64,000 nt of DNA. It comes from Tubiluchus corallicola (taxonomy: Eukaryota; Animalia; Priapulida). The stretch lies in NCBI GenBank assembly GCA_030141605.1, contig JAQGDQ010000002.1, positions 2,294,001-2,358,000 of the forward strand, given 5' to 3'. The notes beneath the pieces were generated by a model. The model ran no database searches. It was given only the letters and a program-made list of their open reading frames with translations, and was not told the origin of the DNA. The stretch's first letter is position 1. Each line of letters begins with the position of its first letter. The position numbers were made by a program, and so were the translations under genes. Below, piece after piece: positions 25,099-39,080 of the stretch.

Positions 25099-26097
25099 AG
25101 AAATATACGAAATGCCTAGGAACTTTATAAAATGTCTAAATTTTACACATTGCCTGTACATTTATAAATAAACAGTATTGCTAGTAATGCATTACTGTCA
25201 TCAGACTACTCGTTCCTTTGGAAGTAACACTACTGAGTCTATATAAATTATCTATCCAAGAGTAACAATTTAAACTTAGGCTGTATTGATTGTGTGGCCA
25301 CTTTCCTTTTGCTCATCACTACCATGCAATGCTTGTATGCACATGGCGTTTTTATTAATTTTCTCAAATAGGTACCTTATTTGATTTTCAGAATAACTAC
25401 GTCAAAAACCTTCTAAAGATGTGGTCTTAACTGATTGTTTTATTAACACATAGATATTTCAGGACAATGAAGCTCAAGAGAGATTGCTAAATACACTGAA
25501 ATAACACTTCTCTGTATATTTAGTAGTCACTGGCTCATAAAAGTAACATGATTTAACATTATTGTGTTCTTACAGTTGTTTGAATTGGATACGGTGTGAC
25601 AAAGACCAGATTTCGTCGTCAGTTCAGCAAGCAGCTTTTGACAAAATAAAAATTAATGGCAATAATGGCAATGCTGTGCACCTTGTGTACAGAAAAAACT
25701 GTTATTTTCATCTAAAAACTCATGTTGCAGTGAATTTTGCTAGAAAATTGTAAACTGTCATTAACCTAATGACAGATTTAGGCACATTGCAGAATCAACG
25801 TTCTTATTTCGCTAAAGCTAAACAGATGTACACTTTTTGCTGAAGCATCACTCAAACCAGCACACAAAAGTAATAAATAATCAGTAAAGCCTTATCCATG
25901 CTAAAAGTAATTAATAATGAGTAATTGAGTTACAATTTTTCCGAAGTAGCTAATAATTATGACAAATTACTTTTCAAAAGTAACGAACCAAATACTATTA
26001 TTGCATAAATAAATTTTATCCGTAAAGTTTCTACTACTAGAGCAGATTAGATTCTTACAGTTAATCCCTGAGCGTAAGCTTTCCAAATGAATTGCTT

Positions 26098-29000
26098 TTA
26101 CATTTTAGTAGGTGGTGAGGTAACATGGCTATCACGAAGGAATGATAAAACTTTTTTCCAACTATCTTCCTGTGCAAAACCGTGTTCTTCAACTTTTCCT
26201 CCAAATGCTGCTAGCCCACCTGAGACAACCAAAACAATGAAAAATAATCTACAAAAAAAACTTTGAAGCAGTTTGTAAAAATGCTGTTAGTTCACTATTC
26301 AAGTACTTCCATTTTAATAATTACACTGACAATGAAAAGAACAGATTTATTATTGTAGATTATTACCCAGCTGAATTTTTTCACTTAACCATTTTTAATG
26401 CAGTTTGACACACTGTAAGTCAATGTCCAGCACTCAAGGACAGTGGTGCAAATGTGCACCCAAATTTTTCTCTGTTTCTGGGATAAGATAAATGAATGAA
26501 CTCATTAACTTTTCTTTTTTACTTGGTTTTAACTCTTTGCTATAAATGAATTTGTCACCACTAATATGTACTGGTAACGGAAATGGATGTACAATTATCT
26601 TGTCCACTATTCTTACAATTAAACCTAGCCAGTTATATAGTAGTATAACACATGTCATTAGTTTTAGTCCTGCTTAGCAGCAGTAGTGGGTCATTTCATT
26701 TGTACACTTATCCGGTACGGTAGTTTTCAGCTATTACCTGTCAGACATAGTTTGTCAGGTCCCTTACCTAAAGTAAGTAGCTGTCATTATACCTATTACT
26801 TCATAATTGTCACATACTAATAATGATCTAATAGATGTGTACCAAATCCTGTTTAGTTACATATTATAGTAAATATGAGTGATGTAATTCCAGGCAGATA
26901 TTGATTAAAGCAACCTATACTACATAATCATTTATCATATTACTCACAATGTCACAATTGTATAATCATATAATATATGTCGCTTCATCTACCTTACTTC
27001 TTGTTTTCTTCTTTTTATGGTTTCATAAGTAAATCTATTTGCTCTTAATATAAGCATTCAACTCCACAAATAATTTGCAGGTATTTTGCCAAGATTAGAT
27101 AATTGCAGAATAAGCTTTTTATAACACTTTAGATGAAATCTTTACCGCCAAGATTTTTCTACAATAAATGTCCCAATATGTGGCATGCTTGGCCTACTAA
27201 TTACGTTGCGACAAAAACATAGTAATTTGGAAATTTAGTAAGCAAAAATAAAGAAACATATTTTGACCACAAATCTGTCTAATTATTTACACTGCAACTT
27301 ACCCACCAATCGATGCCAAGTATTTTTAACAAGAGGTGTATATGGAGGATCAATTAGATGACCAGCCTTTGGATAAAAAAGTACATGAAAGTTGGTTTTG
27401 TTGTGCTTCTTCATGTATTTAGTTAATGCTGCATGGTGCTTTACAGCTGCATAACACTTATCATCTTCTCCCCAAACAAAGAGAAGCTTTGCACTTGTTT
27501 TTTCAAGCTGAAACAACCATGCATAAACAATTTATAGTAGAAGCAAAATAATGAGTTTAACAGAAAAGAAAAATTGCATTTCAGTCCAAGTTCCAAATAT
27601 TTACTTGAAAACCAGATTTGTCAATGTTTGTTTGAAATAAAGTAATAAGCAAGTGAGATATCCTTCTGCAATGTTTGATTTTTTTAATGCGTAGAAATAG
27701 CCGTTCAAGATATTGTCTGATATAAAAATGCAACTTAAGGTGCAATTTTAACAGAAAAATCTTCAAATGTGCCTAGAAATGCAGTTTGGGCATTCTAGAA
27801 AAGTAGACTTCAAAGGTTTCAAAGTTTTGAAAACTGCATTGTGTTCTAGCTATGAAATGACGTCCTCAAAGTGTATGTCTTGACTTTGTTCTTACCATAT
27901 CTTTATTGAAAGGAATAAAACTTGAGCATATTTAAAGCATTTATAATTTCCAAATACTTGATTCTCACAGTATCACGTTTTAGACAACATATATTTAAGT
28001 TTCTTAAAGGCAAAAAATAAATACAATGTCTTGAAGTTAAAAATCTACATATCAGTATCCTCAAATGCAGCATATCTATTTCTAACAAATTCACCAGCAA
28101 TAGTGCTACGTAACAGATCAACAAATAACACAAAGTTATCTAAATTTTGCAAATAATTGAATCACTAATTGGTCTAGTTAAAAAACATAAACGTTTCATG
28201 ATAAAATTTGCACCAAATGACTTTTATTAAGTCACATGATGTAGGAAGCCAACAGCTAAACGTATGTCAGCTTTACAAAACTAGTATGATTTCTACCAAC
28301 AGGACTGCAGGAAAATAACTACACTTTGTGAAGTAATATAAGGTGAATTAAATGAAACCTGAAACTGCAAGACTAAAGTAGCAAATTTTTTCAAGAGATT
28401 CAGACACATTTCAAGTCTTAGCGACATTATCTAATCCTCATAAGCTTTTTATGCTTGCAACTCATAACTGATAACAACTCATAACAAATGCATTACCTGA
28501 ATCATGGTTTCGGGTCGAATAATTGTATTGGGATCTTCGAATGAAACTCCCTCATCATATTCAACAAAATCAAAATCACTGAAATGCCAATAATAAAATC
28601 GAGATAAACAGCATGTGATTCTTTAGTATTCTACTATCATGGCAGTATGACCAGCAAAGCACTCTATTAGGTACTATAGAGTAATAAATTTTCAGCAAAT
28701 GTGTTGTAGGTACAACCAACAAAATGAATGTACAAGGGAAGCCAAACAAGTTACTTTTGTTACATGTATTATGGTTCAATTAAGTAATGAATAGGGAGTG
28801 CTAGTTCCTTAGTGAAGCACAACTAATATAACAAAAAACACCTGAAAATAATATTTTTATATGGTAAGAATTGCGCTGAACACACATCACACGAGTGGAA
28901 ACAAATACCAAATTGGTAATAAGCCAAAAATGAGCATTTGTGGCCCCTTTACGATTTGCCTAAGCAGTGAACTAAAGTGGTTATGAATGTTTTTAAATTC

Positions 29001-32000
29001 ATCATCTTTTATCAGTATCAGCTACTTAAGCATTTTGTAACTGCCCAATTGAATTTACTCTTATTGGACGGTGCTGCCCTGTATTAATGATCGACAGGCA
29101 TTGTTGTGTTGTACGGCTTTTGCATTCAGTGAACAATGGCCGGCTTGCTGGCAGGTGCTAGAACACACGTTTACGAGATTGTCGTGAAGTTTATGAGGTT
29201 GTCAAGTTAATCTACGTGTTTCGTTAGCAGAAATAAACGTTAATGTCGTAAACTTAACTTAGAGTGTAACTCTAACTTAACTTAGAGTTTTGGTAACACT
29301 TTAGTTATGACAAAATATCTGATGGTGCTATTATGCTGTTTCATCAAATACAAAAGGCAAAATTGCAATTAAAATACAAAATCATTTGTAAAATAATTTG
29401 TCCTGCACGGACAGTTTGACATATGGCAAAATTTAAAATCTAAATATTACTCAATAAATTTAGTGCAGTAATAAACAAAATAACACCAAAATTTACAAGA
29501 AAAGTTTTTTTACTATTAAACAGGAACTTGGTAATTGACTAAATCTTGGATTCCTTTGTTTCAAACTTGATTTGAAGTTGAATCTGACAGCACGAACATG
29601 ACTTAGGACTCGACTTAGATGTAGACTAAATGACCTGAGACTTGACTCGAACTTGGACATTAATGACTCGAGACTCAATTCGGACTTGGATATGACTCGA
29701 GACTTGACTCGGACTTGAGCAAAAAGGACTCGAGACTTGACTCGGGCTTGAGTATAATGACTATAGAAACTCGACTTGGACTTGAGCATAATGACTGTAG
29801 AAACTCGAAGGACTAGAACACCAAGGCCTTGGGATTTGACGTTGAGCTGAAAGATGACAACGTGCTGCAGAAAAGAAGTTAACACATGCAACAATGCTGA
29901 GTAATGATGAGAGATTAACTGATTCTAAATTTATAATTGTATTTATAAATGTATACAGATTTTTTTGTTTTTCACATATAAGTTAACATTGCATGCGATG
30001 TGCGAGAAGTAACTGGCACTTGGTAAACTGATCCGTAAACCAATATAGATTGGCACATCGTGCACCTTACATGTCATGGGTGCGAGCTTTTTTTAAGGTT
30101 AGGTTATTTTGTTAAGATTATGTTCAATGAAAATTCAATGACCCTTGAAGATACGGCACGACACTTCAGGTCCCTAGCTAAAACTACCTAACTAGCGGTT
30201 GAAGTTTTTGATTAATAATCATAAAAGTAGAAGTGATGAATTTTGCGTAATGTGAAACTTTGTCAGGCTGCAGTTATCAATCCTGTTTATGCTACTTCAT
30301 TGTCCGATCACCGTTGATGTTGTAATAGAATTTATTTTTCAACAGAAAGGCTGTCTGCCACTGAAGCCCTATCTCCAAAAATTAGGAAGGCTGCAAATTA
30401 GACAGTGCCTATAATGCTGAGATCGATGGCTTTACAAACAGTTTCTCAGGAAACGGTGACTGTTAACAAAAAATTGTTGCAAGTACTCTGCACCTCAAGT
30501 GTCTTTACCATGGACAGTAACCAAGTCTACCAGAAGGTTTGCTAAACACATTAATTTAGATGGGAAGCTTTTACGAAAATAATCAAATGTTCTACTACTT
30601 AAAGAATGACTACACACCTCAAGTAATAAAAAAAAAACAAGTAATGAAATGCGACATGTTAAACGAATGTTAAAGATTTTGTTATCTAGAATGGCCTAAC
30701 ACAAGGAAAACATAATGAAACCAGTATATAGGTAAAGTTTGAACACTATAAAGATGTAAATTAAAAAAGCTCATTCAAAAAAAAGATGACCTGTTGATTT
30801 TCTAATTGAAACTTCTGTACAGTAGATGCTATAACAATAAAAGTCATGTTTAAAAAACTTGATGGTAGATAAACTGTTCAATAAATTGTACCTAGAAAAT
30901 AAGATGTTCAAGTCTGCTTATATTTAAAAGGCATGGAGTAAGGGTGATGATTTGATTTTACTCTTCAAAACTGATAGAAAAATGCACGGTTCCAAGAAGG
31001 CAACAAGTTTTAGAACTGTGAATGTACATAAAGCAACGTTAATTGCAAGACACGTGCTGTATCTACACACCATGGGGAGTTTTGAAAAACGATTTTGAGA
31101 ATTTTGAAGCATGCATAATAATTACTACATCATGTTTAGCATTCTTACTTACATGCAACACACCAAACCACATACTTTAGTTTAAAGGCACTGTGTCATG
31201 CATTTCAATTAAAAAGCAAAATTAATCAGAAACTATTTACTCACGTCTCTTTCGCTGTGTTGAACAGTGATCTAAATGGCTTCAATCTGCAAAAATGCAG
31301 TACTTGCTCCGAAAACCAAACTTTTATCATAATTATCTTATGACGCAAAACAGCAGTAAGCAAGCTAATTAAGCGAATATACCTAAAAAATAATAAACAT
31401 TGGCAACGAAAGCACTATAAACACCCTATGCTAAATGAACGAAACATTTAAACTTACTGACTTTCCTTTCGGGAAGGTCCAATTTCACTTGAAACCAAAT
31501 TATGACGCGGATACTAGTTTTGCAGTATACTGTCTAATGACTGAAGATAGCATTTCAGAGAAACGTGCAATTGTTTGTAAAGGCTTTTATATGATAAGGA
31601 ACTTTGCATCACCTGATCAAGGTAAGGCTGTGAAACATAAATGTTACCAGGTTTATTTTACTGTGATGTGTGCTCAGTGCAATGTAAAACATTACCCGAC
31701 AGCTGCATAATCTCATGATTTACTTACCAAAATGGAAAGTGTTTTCCTTTATACAAAAGGTAAGGACCATGTGCGACAGGAGAAGAAACAGCTACAACAG
31801 CATTTATCTAAAAACACAGGTTTATCACATGTAATATGAACTAAAAAAATATTCTGTGGGAAAAAAACAAAGTTAAATTGTACAAGTTCACCGAAATCTT
31901 ATTTCGCAACTTTGTAAAGGTATTGAAAGCATTCAAGCAAACAGAACAATTTTAATGCAAACTCTATGATTTATAAATAAAAAATAATATATATATATAT

Positions 32001-35000
32001 ATGATAGCACAAAAATATAAGTTTGCACATACTTTTGTTTAAGCAGGTGTTGGTGTTTATTTTTATCGTAGGAATTAGATTATTCCATCACCAATCAGTT
32101 TCTGAAATATCTACATTATTTATAATGAATTTATCTACACAATAAAGCCAATTGAAATTCAGATGAAAACTGTAAAGTTTTAAATTTACTTCATTCTACT
32201 TTAAGTAACACTTAGTTTTTATGTTTTTAACATGAACTCTAAAAATCAAGAAGATTAACACTTGCAGTGCTCAGCATACATAACAAACACCAATTCCGGC
32301 CTCATTCACTATACTTCACCCATCGCTGTCCTTTATTTACCATAAATTCCTTCTTTGTCTAAAAATCTTCTTTGGAATTACGTAGCTGTTTATTAGAAAT
32401 ATCTCAGTGACAGAAATAATTGCATCACTGTTTTATAAATTAAGATTTTTTATGCTAAAAATAACTAAAATGTGAATACCTTGTCTTTATTAGGAAGGTA
32501 AGATGCCATTGATAATCCTATTTCGCCACCAAATGATGTACCAATAACTCCAATACCATGTGACATTATTACCTTTGGATGACTGCATATGATGTCTATA
32601 GCTTCCTAGAAGGAAAAATATTGATACATTGACTAATGAATACACAAGGATTCTGCTTACACCAACAATAAACATGATACAAATATAAAATATGAAAGTA
32701 ACACTTGTGCTTCTTCAAAAAAATTCACGTCCTTATATAAAAAGGTACATGCAAGATTCTATAAAATGCACATGGCCTTTATAACGTATGCTTGCTGTAA
32801 CTTTTGATAAACTTTGACTTTGCTGACATCCAACAAGAGCTTTCAGCCAAGATATCACTGAAATAGAACAATACCTGAAAGACGTTACATTAAGGTATAT
32901 TAATCAGACTCCGTATTTTTAGTTACTGAACATAGTAAAGCGTTTTTGCATATAGAAACTAGCACAAATTCACAAAATCGCATATCGTACTTTTCGCCAT
33001 ATAAGATGCACACCCATTTTGCAAGACAAAGCTAGGAACATATTAAGCCTCCGTTACAGTAAGACCATTTTTTAGTTGTTGCAGTGAGAGTTCAACGGCT
33101 TGCAGACGATAAAAGCCAAAAGTGAATATCTTGCTGTATAGCAGCTACTTACAGGCTCTCTTGCACTACTACATGCATGTGAATGGTGCATGTGCTTATG
33201 TTTGCAAAAATGGTAATAGTAAGTGCAAGTTTGCTGGTAAGCGCAATATTTAATAGCGTCTTAAAAAATCATTTTGCGAATGATAAAAGGTTCATTGCCG
33301 TTAGCATATTTGACTATTATAGGAGAGACAGTAAAACATTTTTCTAATGTGTCAAGAGTCAATGATTACTCAATGTAAGCTGTAGTCAAGACGTACATAC
33401 CATGGTACACTCACTTCTTAGATTTATAATGCAAAATGTCTGGACGGAAGTTTAACAGTGAAAACCCAAATGGCATTCCTTGATGTTATAATATCATGGT
33501 TTTATTGCCTCAGTTTTTCACTTTCCAACTTGATACATAAACAATTAAAATAAAATAAAATAAAATAAAATCAAGTACTAGCCTCAAAATATTCCAAGTT
33601 AATCTGGAGTTCAGCAGGAAGATCTTCATAATTATAAAAAGGAAGACACAGGGTGGCAAATCCATGCGATGCAAGAAGAGCTGACCTGCACTCAGAAATT
33701 CCTCCTGATGATCCGTACATGTCAATGATACCAGGAAAAGGTCCACGGCCTGTAAGAACATCAATGTTTAAATTACTGCCTTTGCTGAAGAGATTACATT
33801 TTCAATGCCGTTGGTTTGTTAGTTAGTTAGTTAACAAAATTATATAAAGCTGCTTCCCCGATTTCCAAGGAACTTTCTGAAGGGATGAGGAATGCGCCAA
33901 GGAAGATTGTTTTCAATTTTAACAAGAATGATTATGAACTGTGAAAGAAAATCTATGTTTGTTGATGATCTATACAACTATATACGAAAATACTGTGTGA
34001 TGTCATAACAAATACTGCAGAAAAGTTGCCAAAAGCAAGGGTACACATTGTTGCTGACACGACGTCAGAAAAATTGGTGACACTGTAACCTAGATGGCTG
34101 TGTGGTTCAGTAAATAATTATTATACACGGCAAGCTTTAAAGGACATTTGAACTCTCATGAGTGTAACTTCTAGTTGTAAATAAAATCTTTTTTTCAATT
34201 TACATGCCACAATATTTGCTGCATTACAGCAGTGCTAAGTGCCAGGAATTTTCACAAAACGGATGACTAATTTCTTCCCTAATTAGTTATAAATGCCAAT
34301 GTAGTACAAAATCATTTTCAATAAAAACTTCTAGGAATCTACAGCCAAAGTGAAGTTTCAGCCAAAACTGTGGATCTGAATGGATCTGAACAAACTTGTA
34401 AATTTTGAAGAAAAACACAAGAGCACATAATTTTTCTTTGTAAGTAAAGTAGGCATCAGTGGTCTCTTACCCCTCATAATCAGTCTCTGATGGATTTTAC
34501 TGCAACTTTTTGTCTGAAAGAAAACTACGTTACAAGCTTTTGTTTTTTTGCAATCTGTTTATTATGTAACATTATGATATGGTAAAAAATCACAAGCACT
34601 GCAATAATACCTAATGGAAGGAAAAACTTAAATAAAATCTTCAGAAAACAATTTTGAGAGTGTTAGCACATCCACACCAAAATCTACATCTAGTAGCAAA
34701 CAAGATCCACTAAATTACTATAATTATGACTGTAAATTTGTTTGCTAATTACGACAATATCCTTATAAATAAATAAGCTTTGGCTTGGGAATGACGTAAT
34801 GTGTACGGCAAAGCTTGTGCATATTCATGACAGACAGAATATTACAATTATTAGAAGCTCATTTAACTATTCTTCAGTGTTGATACTTAAAATGATAAAC
34901 TTTCATGTGCAGAATTTTCTTTCGTTCAAGAATAATTTTTAAATTAATTAATACTACTCAGGCCTACGTACGTGAACAAAGGCACTGATCATAAAATGCA

Positions 35001-37653
35001 ATAGGCCTAGCTGCATTACATAAATTAAAACAATTTTAATAAAAATGAAATTCACACTATTTGAAGTATTCCAAATGTAGGTTTTATTTATCAGAAGCCT
35101 AATGACAGCTGGCAAACCGTTCGACAATTATAAAAATAGAACTTGAGCTCGAGTGAAGCTAATTCCCTTAACCGCATTTAATTTAATCGGCGCTTTTAAA
35201 TCAAAAGTCTAACCGCAATTAGTGTAAAATAAGTTTCGACTTCAAAATGCGCACACTGGTGAAGCGAAATAGCCGACTGCAGTTACACATGCGATGCCCA
35301 ACAAAACGGATGTAATCAGAGCAGCCGGCAGTTTACAGTAAAACAGAGTTTCACGTAGTCCACATGAAGGTAATAGCAATGAAGCCATATAATACACAAC
35401 AGCAATCACATGCTTTTTATGCAGTGACTTAGTACCTACATAATAGTACATATGCAGACAGTAAGCCGGGGTTTAAAGCCATGAAAGGCAACCTTAAGAT
35501 TATACTGGTTGTACATGTAAAGAAATACACCCTCGTTAGTGCACAGATTACATCATTCGTCTCGCGAAATGAAAAATGGCTCTGATTCAAATTTGTGAAA
35601 GTGAGCAAGGAACAATAAAAAATCAAACGAAACAAGTTTTACAGTAAGTTTCTAGTCAAATAAATCTAATATTCTTATTCAACGTAACATTTTGTGTTAT
35701 AAAAGCCCATATGATAATAAGGGTTTAGTCTGTCTTTAATTGCTTCCATCTTTTTGTTATAAGATGTATAAATGAATATACATTTGGCAAATTATTAAAT
35801 ACAACAACTAGAAAACACGAATGTTTTTTATCTTTTTATGCACAATATTGAAACTCACCGGGCGGAAGATAAAGTTTTCCTCTTACTGTACCATTGTGAA
35901 TGATCTCTACCGTAACACCTTCTCTCCTGTACCACCTGTGTAAAGGTTTTTCTGTCAGTGGAGTTACATATGATTGTAATGCTTCAGCAGCTTCTACAAG
36001 CCCATCATACACAAGTAGTTTATATTGAAGAGGTTCACTTGTGTCTTTCTTGTGCAATCGTATTCCCTCCCTTTCTCCAGGAAGCAGTTTTGAAGAACAA
36101 AACAGGCCCATTGGCATTACACCTGCAAAATACATTTATACACTTTTATTTTCCAACTTAGCATGAGAAACAATTTTATCATGTGTAATAGTTCATTATA
36201 GCCTATCTAATAACAATTTACAAAGTTTCAATTTTAGATTCGATCAGTTTTACCTTTATATGAACCTCCCAATGGACGATGTTCAGCAAGGTTGACAATT
36301 CCCTCACTTGATGCCTGAAAATGTGCATGGGATGCCCAACCCCTCTTCTCTTCCTCGACATGAGCCACAGTCGTAATTTTCTGGCCTTCATAATGAAACA
36401 GAAAACAAAGAAATGAAAAACAGTCTTAAACCTATGAAGCACTATTTCTATAAATGCAGCATCAGCCTCATTTTTCAGTAATAAAACTTTTATGGTCTAC
36501 TACTAAAGTTTTTACTTCTATAAAATTGTTAATTATTAATTTAAAACACAAGCAGTTATCGATAAGCTGACTGGTGACCGTACAACCTCGACATATAAAA
36601 AATTATGAAGGCTTAAGCAGACAGCACAATGTTAGGTACTAGTGACCCATCTGGCAACTAACTACTTTTTTGTGTGAAGTCCCATACATTCAAAGCCTGT
36701 ATCATTTTATTACTGCAATGATGCCTAAATAGTCATTTATGTATCTCAATTTCAAGAATGCCTTTTTGCAAGGATGAACCAGTTCAGTAATACAGGTCAG
36801 GAAGACTCAAGCAATCTCTTGTTGTTGGCCATTTAAGAGGGTATTATAGCTTTTTAATAAGCACTGAAAGGCCCTGAAGGTCGATCTGAAGCAGTGATTA
36901 TTTGTACACTAGTGTTGTGTTTTGAATAAAATGCTAGTAAAACACTGTAAACTCCAAACAGGATGTGTACCAAAGTTTTGCAAACTGATCGAAAAAGTCA
37001 TACATGTAAATAAAGGAACATTTATAAAATAGTGTTAACTGGATATTAATAGACTTACACAGACCTCACTCTGGTACTGAGAGTCAGGCGACTGACACCA
37101 GCACTTCAATAATTTGCATTGCACTTATTAAATGAACCTTTTGCTTAGTTTATCTGCAAAGTCATTTTCTTGAGACTATGTACTTAAACCAGGAACTTTG
37201 CTTAAAGTATATAATAGAAGTGTCTAAATATCTGTGTGATTATTATTTATGCACAGAGAATGACTGTGACATGCCTTCCCTGTAAAATTTGCAATCATTT
37301 AGAACATGCAAATTTTTTACAGCTTACAACTAGTATAACATTAAGTTTTAAAAATAAATAGTCTTACAAAAATCTCGAGTTCTCAAACACACAAACAAAC
37401 AGAATGTAAAACATAAAAGATTAGAGTTCTTTCATCTAGAAATTTATGCGATACTAATAAGAATCTTCTTCAAAAATTACTCATACATATTATAAGTTTA
37501 CATAACTGTCAAAGTGAATAATGGAGTGATAGCTTTATTTCATGAATTCACCAAAATGACCAAATAACTTATACCTGGCTGTAATCCTGTTACAACAATT
37601 CGAATGACTTCATCAACAAGAGCCGAGTTTGGTGACACTCGAAGAATTGCCAT
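26098..37653 (-). CDS. Type-I acyl-CoA thioesterase / BAAT family protein, copy C (418 aa, ends TKM)
   Basis: Nine coding exons with the same intron positions and phases as copy B: 37575-37653, 36254-36385, 35859-36122, 33583-33749, 32480-32605, 31728-31807, 28497-28578, 27303-27507, 26098-26219 (1257 nt). Triad motifs GTSFG, GEDD, AGH. Intron 4 has a GC donor. Confidence 0.9.
29600..29840. repeat. Degenerate short-period repeat (GACTTGACTCG[A/G]), probably the subterminal repeats of a non-autonomous DNA transposon
   Basis: About 10 copies of GACTCG/GACTTG motifs in 240 bp. This produces the low-complexity ORF 29493-29894. Confidence 0.7.
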
Positions 37654-37991
37654 AATTTTACTCAGCTAATGAGTAAACACCCTATAAAAGACACTAGAAT
37701 TTTAGAAAATAGATGTCAAAACATAAAAAGGAAAGAGTGCAGTGTTATTAAAATGAATTGCATTTCAAATTGGTACAAAATATGATTAACTGATGAAATT
37801 GTTTATCATCGCAAATTTGCTACAATTGCAAAAAATGAGATATGCACAATTGAACATTAGAGGATCTTGAAGATTTCAGCATATGAAGAGCACCCGTATT
37901 GCTGTTTGCCACGAGGCAATTCTTAACACATTTAACAATAAGAACTCCATGCAGTGTCGAGCAGATGTTTAACATTTAGAACGCCTGATCA

Positions 37992-38072
37992 TAAATAACT
38001 ATGGAAGTTTTTGCTGCAATATCATAAATAAACCACTTTGATTGATTCAGCAAAAACTTCCATAGTTATTTA
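37992..38072. repeat. Perfect 25-bp inverted repeat with a 31-nt spacer (hairpin)
   Basis: TAAATAACTATGGAAGTTTTTGCTG (37992-38016) and its exact reverse complement (38048-38072). Confidence 0.92.
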
Positions 38073-38136
38073 AACATAAATGTTAGCATGTTACCCATGT
38101 CTATCTCTTACCTTCAAATTAAGATACGGATATTGT

Positions 38137-38525
38137 CAGGGGCATATTAACAAATAGGCTAACTAGGCTATAGCCCAGGTGTCAAAGTTTGAGGTCACCA
38201 CATTTTAGGTGCATAATTTAAAAATTCTTATTCTCCTCGGAAAATGCGTGTCAGTTCATATTCATGTAAAACAAGCATTATATAACACATCGCAGCCAGT
38301 TACGGAAACCCGATACTATATAAGTGTCATATAAGGAACAAGTACAAGGTACTACAGGACAAGCAGTTGCCCTGCTTACTTGTATATAACTGCAGTTCAT
38401 ATACACGTAATTAACAATAATTAACACGCAATACGTAATTAACATAATCAATCATAAATTCACAATACCGATGCGACGGACAGATCTATCAGCCTAGGGC
38501 GTCATGGTGTCTTGATACACCCCTG
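38137..38525. mobile_element. hAT-family MITE (389 bp)
   Basis: TIRs CAGGGGCATATTAA / reverse complement CAGGGGTGTATCAA; 8-bp TSD GATATTGT/GATATTGC. Confidence 0.85.
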
Positions 38526-38759
38526 GATATTGCCTATTCAAATGTTATTTAATGTGTAGAATTATTAGTGGTGCCTTTTAATTCAGAAAATAAACTTTTG
38601 CCAAACTACAACTCATAATTAAACTTGGGTTCAAAACTGTAGCAGTGCCTGTAGGAGTTTTCTTCCTCTTCTGAAAACAGTTAACATTACTTTTAATGTA
38701 GTTTAATAAATTAGCGCTTTACAACTCATGACCAGTGGGCAATAGTAAGCCAATCTCCA

Positions 38760-39080
38760 GCCAACTTATGCATCAAGACTTCATTTGATATGTTACAAGC
38801 TAGTTTCGGTTGATATTAGAAGCCACTTGTCTCCTTGACCCTCCATTTCTCCCTTACAACTCACAAGGGTTAAAGATCAACCAGTTTTGGCATAACTTAT
38901 GCCACTTAATTTATCTCATTGAGACCTTTCATTTGGTATACCACAAGCTAGTTTTGGCTGACAATGAAAGGCATTTGTCCTCGATCCCTATTTTGCCCCT
39001 ACTGGGGTCAGAGATTAACCTATCTCGGCGTAATCTTTACCATTTAATTTGTCTCATTGAGATCTTTCATTTGATATTCT
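38760..39080. repeat. Diverged ~145-150 bp tandem repeat (about 2 units), probably internal to a DNA transposon
   Basis: Recurring TTCATTTG[A/G]TAT..ACAAGCTAGTTT and TTAATTT.TCTCATTGAGA.CTTTCATTTG blocks. Confidence 0.6.

Noticed and set aside
24973-25161. ORF with poly(SL) tract; similarly (VC)n in 40572-40910
   Set aside because: Translations of microsatellites.
29493-29894. 133-aa Ser-rich ORF
   Set aside because: Reads through the GACTCG/GACTTG repeat; no recognisable domain or splice support.
31181-31470. TTAAAGG-starting segment resembling a Kolobok-type MITE (also a ~45-bp TTAA-flanked inverted pair at 55307-55349)
   Set aside because: The matching terminus is too weak to define an element by eye.
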